Source: Microcystis aeruginosa NIES-843 (GTDB taxonomy: Bacteria; Cyanobacteriota; Cyanobacteriia; Cyanobacteriales; Microcystaceae). From it: a DNA stretch of 32,000 bases. Shown here piece after piece: positions 27,055 to 32,000 of this stretch (position 1 is its first letter; each line of letters opens with the position of its first letter). The notes under the pieces are model-generated. The model was given only the letters and a program-made list of their open reading frames with translations. It was not told where the DNA came from and searched no databases. Both the position numbers and the translations under genes were made by a program. Where the stretch lies: positions 5,310,001 to 5,342,000 of the forward strand of contig NC_010296.1 of NCBI RefSeq assembly GCF_000010625.1, read 5' to 3'.

Positions 27055-27450
27055 TTATCTTGTTTGCTGAATTGAATCAGACCAAGGATATTGTTTTTGT
27101 GCCAGTAAATGCGCTTGTTGCTGCGAAAAGCCTCGATTAATCACTAAGTCAGATTCGTAGATTTCATGATTGAGAAACATCTGATCAAGATTATTCCCTT
27201 GAGCGCCAGCGAGTCTTCGCCAAGCTGCTACCATTAAACCTTCGGGAAAAAATTGATATCGAGACACTCCCGATCCAAAAGCATAATCCTTGGCGCGTCG
27301 GATATCGATCTCCGATATTTCGTATTGGGCAGCAATCCCTAGGATATCTTGATTATTATCCATAATCTGATCATATTCCTCCCTTACCTTGGCGGTTAGT
27401 TTCTGCTCGTAGATATCTAAATGCGCCCATCGATCACTATCACCCTCCAT
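27055..27450 (-). CDS. Hypothetical protein (unknown family) within the hox cluster
   Basis: 131-aa ORF starting 8 nt after the hoxU stop. It contains a conserved-looking AAWRRL...LNHEIYESD...AHLLA segment, but I cannot assign a family. Confidence 0.5.
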   Translation of the reverse strand: MEGDSDRWAHLDIYEQKLTAKVREEYDQIMDNNQDILGIAAQYEISEIDIRRAKDYAFGSGVSRYQFFPEGLMVAAWRRLAGAQGNNLDQMFLNHEIYESDLVINRGFSQQQAHLLAQKQYPWSDSIQQTR

Positions 27451-27458
27451 TGATTACT

Positions 27459-28175
27459 TTAACGCGTCCATTGGTGTTGAGTCCTAGCATTAACTAAAAA
27501 TTCCAACTTCGAGCGATCTTCCTCTTTTTCAGAAACGGCGGAACCCTTGCGGAATATCGCCCCGGTTGGACAAGCGGCAACACATTTGCCGCAGGAAGTA
27601 CAGGCGGAAACGCTGCCCCAAGGCTGATCCATTCCCGCGATAATTTTATCTTTTTCGCCGCGATAAGCCAGATCCCAAACGTGCGCCCCTTCAATTTCAT
27701 CGCAGACTCGCACACAACGGGTACAGAGAACACAACGATTATGATCGATACCAAAAAGATGATGGGAAATATCCACTTCTCGCTTGGGAAAACGGTAGGG
27801 AAAACGACTATGATCCATACCCACTTCGATGGCTAAATCTTGCAATTCACAGTTACCATTAGCCACACAAACCGCACAAACGTGATTGCCTTCAGCGAAT
27901 AATAATTCCACTGTCATGCGGCGATATTCTTTCAGTTTTGGGGTATCGGTGTGAACCACCATTCCTTCCGCCACTTCCGTTACACAGGCAGGTAATAATT
28001 TATTAATACCTTCAATTTCTACCAAACATAAGCGACAGGCAGCCACTTCGGAAACCCCATCGAGATGACAGAGGGCAGGAATTTTTATTCCTACCTGACT
28101 AGCTGCTGCGAGAACTCGCGAACCTGCTTCGATCGCTACATCTTTGCCATCAATGCTTAAAGTGATTACGGACAT
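27459..28175 (-). CDS. hoxU: Bidirectional hydrogenase diaphorase subunit HoxU (2Fe-2S/4Fe-4S, NuoG-N-like)
   Basis: MSVITLSIDGKDVAIEAG...ACRLCLVEIEG and multiple CxxCxxC clusters. The start at 28175 gives 238 aa and has an AAGGAG Shine-Dalgarno about 8 nt upstream. The track start at 28217 adds 14 unlikely residues. Confidence 0.92.
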   Translation of the reverse strand: MSVITLSIDGKDVAIEAGSRVLAAASQVGIKIPALCHLDGVSEVAACRLCLVEIEGINKLLPACVTEVAEGMVVHTDTPKLKEYRRMTVELLFAEGNHVCAVCVANGNCELQDLAIEVGMDHSRFPYRFPKREVDISHHLFGIDHNRCVLCTRCVRVCDEIEGAHVWDLAYRGEKDKIIAGMDQPWGSVSACTSCGKCVAACPTGAIFRKGSAVSEKEEDRSKLEFLVNARTQHQWTR

Positions 28176-28260
28176 AAAAATTATTCTCCTTGAGGATAAT
28201 ATCCCTCTCCTTCCCATAGGCCACGGTTTGTGGCCAAGGGTGGGATTTTTACAGAAAGTT

Positions 28261-29889
28261 TTAACCTAGACAATCGGCTAAGTCTTTTGCGGGGGTGGTA
28301 ATCGGCTGCAGGTGATAGGTATCGGAGAGGAATTTGAGGACGTTGGGGGAGATAAATGCCGGTAAAGTTGGTCCCAGACGGATATTTTGCATACCTAGAT
28401 GTAGCAGGGTGAGCAGTACAGCGATCGCTTTTTGTTCGTACCAAGAGATAATTAGGGAGAGGGGTATCTCGTTGACGCTAACGTTAAAAGCGTTGGCTAA
28501 TCCTAGGGCGATTTTGATGGCACTATAGGCATCGTTACATTGTCCCAAGTCCATTAGCCGGGGTAATCCTTCGATACTACCTAATTGTTTGTCGAAAAAG
28601 CGGAATTTTCCACAGGCAAGGGTTAAAACGATGCAATCTTCGGGAACTTGTTCCACGAATTCGGTGTAGTAATTGCGATCGGGTTTTGCCCCATCGCAGC
28701 CCCCAACTAGGAAGAAGTGACGGATTTTACCCTGTTTAAGGGCATTAACCACCGTATCAGCGACACTGAGAACGGTATTGTGGGCAAATCCTACCATTAC
28801 CTGCCGAGGTTCGCTTATTTCAGTAAATCCGAGCAATGATTGCGCTTTAGCAATCACGGGACTAAAATCGATCGCACCGTCCACTGTTTCTAAGCGGTTA
28901 ATATGGGCATAACCCACAGGTCCGAGGGTAAAGAGTTTACTTTCATAGTTTTCGTGGGGGGGCATGAGACAATTAGTAGTTAAAACTATTGCCCCCGGAA
29001 ACTTAGCAAATTCTTTAGTTTGATTTTGCCAGGCGGTGCCATAATGACCGTAGAGATGGGGATATTTTTCTTTGAGTTTTGGATAACCGTGGGCGGGTAA
29101 TAATTCTCCGTGGGTATAGACTGTTATCCCAGTATTGGCAGTTTGTGCCAGTAAAGCCGCTAATTGTTTAATATCATGGCCGGAGACTAAAATGGCTTTA
29201 CCTAAACGTGGATTTAAGGGAACATTTGTCGGTATGGGATGACCGTAGGTTTCGGTATGACCTTGATCTAATAATTCCATGGCCCGCAGGTTTGCTGCCC
29301 CAACTTTTAGACAGATTGCCACCCAATCATTCAGGTTTAAATCACTGCGATCAATTGCCACTAAAGTCTCTTGGATAACCTGATAAACTGAGTCATCCTC
29401 TTGACCTAATTCCTGAGCGTGGAAAGTATAGGAAGCAAGACCTTTAACTCCGTAGATAGCGGTTAACTTTAGGGAAAAAATATCGAGGTCTTGTACTTTT
29501 TCAATTAGTTCTAAGGATACTTCTTGACCTTGACTGACTAGGCTCTCATTAAAATTAGGCTGATAGTTAGCAAGTGCAGACCAGTCCAGCGATCCCAATT
29601 GTGCTTTTAAATTTTCCCGAATCTCTAAACAACGCTGAATATAATCGGTAAAACGTCTTTGATCGAAGTTCACATTGGTCATGGTGGCGAAAAGCGACTC
29701 GCAGGTAAAAATATCGGCTTCGCGAGTAGATATTGCCGCTTCTTTGGCTTTTAAAACCACCGATGCTAATCCCCGCAGACAATAAACTAATAAGTCTTGA
29801 ACGGCGTTGACTTCGGGACTTTTTCCACAGGCTCCCCACTGATGACAACCATTACCACTAGCGGTTTGTTCGCATTGTTCACAAAACAT
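28261..29889 (-). CDS. hcp: Hybrid cluster protein (hydroxylamine reductase)
   Basis: 542 aa. N-terminal MFCEQCEQTASGNGCHQWGACGK cysteine motif and a conserved Hcp body (GHDIKQL, TNCLMPP, LGQCNDAYSAI). Confidence 0.95.
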   Translation of the reverse strand: MFCEQCEQTASGNGCHQWGACGKSPEVNAVQDLLVYCLRGLASVVLKAKEAAISTREADIFTCESLFATMTNVNFDQRRFTDYIQRCLEIRENLKAQLGSLDWSALANYQPNFNESLVSQGQEVSLELIEKVQDLDIFSLKLTAIYGVKGLASYTFHAQELGQEDDSVYQVIQETLVAIDRSDLNLNDWVAICLKVGAANLRAMELLDQGHTETYGHPIPTNVPLNPRLGKAILVSGHDIKQLAALLAQTANTGITVYTHGELLPAHGYPKLKEKYPHLYGHYGTAWQNQTKEFAKFPGAIVLTTNCLMPPHENYESKLFTLGPVGYAHINRLETVDGAIDFSPVIAKAQSLLGFTEISEPRQVMVGFAHNTVLSVADTVVNALKQGKIRHFFLVGGCDGAKPDRNYYTEFVEQVPEDCIVLTLACGKFRFFDKQLGSIEGLPRLMDLGQCNDAYSAIKIALGLANAFNVSVNEIPLSLIISWYEQKAIAVLLTLLHLGMQNIRLGPTLPAFISPNVLKFLSDTYHLQPITTPAKDLADCLG

Positions 29890-30332
29890 AAGTTTTCTCT
29901 CTTTTTTCAGTGGATTGACAGATTGTTGCGATTTTTTTCTACTAAATTTAATTCTGCTTTTTTGAAAGTTAGTTATCGGCCCTCACCCAGCAAGAATTAT
30001 GGATTTTACGACTGGAAAGCTTGTCTTGACAGCCTCTACTCTCTGAACTATGTTTTTATTCTCTCACTTTTTTTGCCGGTTGGGTTCTGATTTTAGATTT
30101 CCTCAAGAATTACTGATTAAACAATTATTTAGTTGTCTTAAGTAAATTAAGTATTTTTGGTGATTTTTATGATATAATGAGCGATATTTTCGATTTTTAG
30201 GTGGGTGTTTGCCAGTGTCATAGCAATCGGTCTCCTGATTAGGATAGAAAGTTGGAAATTAAGAGTTATTATCGCCTAACTGTGATGATGGGATTGCTTT
30301 CGACATAGATAGTCATCTCTTTTTTTATTTAC

Positions 30333-30435
30333 TTAACTTAGCAATGATTGAAACCGCTCATCTCCCCGAATCTGCTCAAAATCTTTATCTGTTTTCGCCA
30401 TATCCTGATACTTGACATCAAGACTGATGAACGAT
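30333..30435 (-). pseudogene. Possible remnant of the C-terminus of a TPR-type protein
   Basis: The minus-strand frame reads ...LDVKYQDMAKTDKDFEQIRGDERFQSLLS*. This resembles the common D.DF..IR.D.RFQ.LL ending of TPR proteins. The frame is closed by a stop about 34 codons upstream. Confidence 0.25.
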
Positions 30436-30499
30436 TTATTTTATTAGTGGTATTCCGATATCTTTGCAGATTTTATTAGCGAGAATATCCCTAATTTCC

Positions 30500-30653
30500 G
30501 TATGTCTTGGAATCGCAGATCTTTTATTTAATTGGGGGTTAAACCACCAAGAATGGCTAGGACTTGCTGAAAAAGTACGGGCGAAGCATTCGGATAGAAA
30601 ATCTCCGGTTTCACCGATAGGTTATTGTCCGAATGCTTCGCCCCTACAGGACG
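30500..30653 (+). repeat. 154-nt repeat element, copy 1 (contains a 15-bp-stem hairpin)
   Basis: The first 79 nt are identical to copy 2. Arms gggcgaagcattcgg (30579-30593) and ccgaatgcttcgccc (30629-30643) flank a 35-nt loop. Confidence 0.9.
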
Positions 30654-30776
30654 CGGGCCGATGAAGACGCAAGGTTTTGAACGACGATTCTCTCAAAATC
30701 TTGCACCTGTGAGAGCAAAACAGAACCCTAAAACTCTTACCTCGTCTATATTTAACATTTATTCAGCAAGTCCTAT

Positions 30777-31163
30777 CTACCAATCTATCTGAACAGGATA
30801 TTTTGCTAATATTGAATCATGGCTAATCAGTCTAGCATTTTCAAGATTAGCTTGAGCAACTAACAAGCGGTCAAATGGATCTTTATGGATGTTAGGTAAA
30901 GTATTTAAAGCTAAAACGTGGCTGACTGTAATTGATAAAAGTCCAATTTGGTTAGTTTCCTGCTGAGTATTAATCATTTCTGCTAAAGGTATCTTGAGTG
31001 ATAGTTTACCTAGTTGTAGTTTGATTTGCATTTCCCAAATACTTGTAATACTAAGTAATAGCGTATTACTAGGATCTCTACACAGTTCTAAAGCTCTTTG
31101 AGAGAGTTTTTCTGGTTCGCTATCCCACCAAATAAATGTATGGGTATCTAAAAGAAATTTCAT
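30777..31163 (-). CDS. vapC: PIN-domain VapC-family toxin
   Basis: 128 aa. MKFLLDTHTFIWW N-terminus, ...DPFDRLLVAQA..., a typical VapC/PIN pattern. It has a 4-nt overlap with the upstream antitoxin gene. Confidence 0.85.
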   Translation of the reverse strand: MKFLLDTHTFIWWDSEPEKLSQRALELCRDPSNTLLLSITSIWEMQIKLQLGKLSLKIPLAEMINTQQETNQIGLLSITVSHVLALNTLPNIHKDPFDRLLVAQANLENARLISHDSILAKYPVQIDW

Positions 31164-31423
31164 GATTCACCTGTCCAAAATTCTTCAGGAAGTGGCTCAT
31201 CAAAATCTTCGCTAGTCCCAATTTTTCCAGCGTGTAGTCCTGGTTGTCGTAACTTAGGAGAAGGAGTTTCAGACGTTGTTTTTTCAGTATCTCCCCAAGG
31301 AATTAGACGAGCTACAGGCTTGTTTCCTTCGGTTATAATAATTTCAGTATCTACCTTTATTAAGGCAAGTAGTTCTTGTAAAGTTAACTGTACTTGATTG
31401 AGATCAATAGTTTTGTTTGACAT
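31160..31423 (-). CDS. VapB-type antitoxin (Phd/YefM-like N-terminus with DFDEPLPEEFW tail)
   Basis: ELLALIKVDTEIIITEGNKPVARLIP and a C-terminal SEDFDEPLPEEFW. I prefer the Met at 31423 (87 aa); the track ORF extends to 31486. Confidence 0.75.
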   Translation of the reverse strand: MSNKTIDLNQVQLTLQELLALIKVDTEIIITEGNKPVARLIPWGDTEKTTSETPSPKLRQPGLHAGKIGTSEDFDEPLPEEFWTGES

Positions 31424-31553
31424 GAATAATTTTCTCTCTTTATTTACTTCACAAAATAAAACAGGATTCAGTGATAACTGCCTCACAAGTTAATAAAGGT
31501 TTGGCAACTTTTTCCCATTGCTGAATTGCCCAATTGTGATAATTATCACTCCG

Positions 31554-31707
31554 GTATGTCTTGGAATCGCAGATCTTTTATTTAATTGGGGGTTAAACCA
31601 CCAAGAATGGCTAGGACTTGCTGAAAAAGTACGGGCGAAGCATTCGGGCAATAACTTATCGCTGAAACCGTAGATTTCCTATCCGAATGCTTCGCCCCTA
31701 CAGGACG
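31554..31707 (+). repeat. 154-nt repeat element, copy 2
   Basis: Arms at 31633-31647 and 31683-31697. The 35-nt loop is the reverse complement (30/35 identities) of the loop in copy 1. Confidence 0.9.
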
Positions 31708-31729
31708 TGATCGATAAACTGTTTGCGTT

Positions 31730-31942
31730 TCATACAACAATTTTCTCTTCTTGGTAGTTTCCCCTAGTAGCGGCAATTGCTTCCTGTTTATTCAATTCTA
31801 ATGCTTCACTAAGAGTAATTTTTAGGCTTTCTAATAACTGATCACGAGATGCTTCTTGACAGTTAACTTCCGGAATTTCTTCTATCCAACCAATCCACCA
31901 ATCTCCGTCTGGCTGAATGATAGCTGTGTAGGTGTTAGTCAT
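31730..31942 (-). CDS. HicB-family (UPF0150) antitoxin-like protein
   Basis: 70 aa. YTAIIQPDGDWWIGWIEEIPEVNCQEASRDQLLESLKITLSEALE fits the short HicB-like antitoxin family. AAGGAG lies 7 nt upstream of the ATG. Confidence 0.75.
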   Translation of the reverse strand: MTNTYTAIIQPDGDWWIGWIEEIPEVNCQEASRDQLLESLKITLSEALELNKQEAIAATRGNYQEEKIVV

Positions 31943-32000
31943 AGAATATCTCCTTAGCTAAAATACAAATATATATTATTATACTCGATTTAGGAAACTC

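Noticed and set aside
28176-28217. 14-codon N-terminal extension of hoxU (MGRRGILSSRRIIF)
   Set aside because: The internal ATG at 28175 has an AAGGAG Shine-Dalgarno and yields 238 aa with the conserved MSVITL...DG start, so the extension looks like read-through of the spacer.
29797-30090. 97-aa plus-strand ORF across the hcp 5' end and upstream region
   Set aside because: It overlaps the hcp start on the opposite strand and continues into AT-rich promoter-like DNA. It has no motif, and this region most likely contains the hcp promoter.
30464-30664. 66-aa ORF (+), and the related 64-aa ORF at 31582-31776 (-)
   Set aside because: Both are composed almost entirely of the 154-nt repeat element and lie on opposite strands of the two copies. 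Their peptide similarity (AKHSDRKS.VS.I.YCPNASP) simply reflects the hairpin arms, so they are more plausibly non-coding repeat sequence.

Overview
All calls rest on motif recognition by eye; no searches were run. This is a cyanobacterial chromosomal window: I counted 13 perfect HIP1 octamers (GCGATCGC), and it carries hox, hyp and pxcA genes. The heptamer arrays and toxin-antitoxin (TA) density are reminiscent of Microcystis, but the taxon is unverified.

The left ~8 kb looks like an accessory, defence-type island. It holds a partial HicB-like gene, a HEPN/MNT pair and a UPF0175/DUF3368 PIN-like pair. It also holds the most interesting locus. This is a small trypco2-like gene (7556-7858) followed by a 1756-aa STAND (NLR-like signalling NTPase) protein (2167-7437). 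That protein fuses an N-terminal trypsin-like serine protease, a complete NB-ARC NTPase module and about 30 tandem 32-aa helical repeats. Some repeats are identical at the DNA level (3 x 192 nt perfect). I read this as a candidate NLR-like conflict or antiphage system that has been predicted by comparative genomics but, to my knowledge, never characterised.

The remainder is mostly core: pdxH, scpA, a GH57-like hydrolase, a CNNM/CBS/CorC protein, pxcA, a UvrD-like P-loop protein, hypB, hypA, hypE, recG, hcp, hoxU and hoxY.

The core genes are interrupted by several oddities:
- Two long heptanucleotide arrays (38 and 32 units) lie in the hypE-hypA spacer.
- Two inverted Rpn/DUF2887 paralogues carry different in-frame 12-nt repeats.
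- An orphan HigA-like gene sits next to a truncated Dam methylase fragment.
- Two unknown ORFs are wedged between hoxU and hoxY, and no hoxH follows hoxY.
- A MITE-like element lies next to a G-rich tract.
- A VapBC cassette is bracketed by 154-nt direct repeats whose hairpin loops are mutually inverted.
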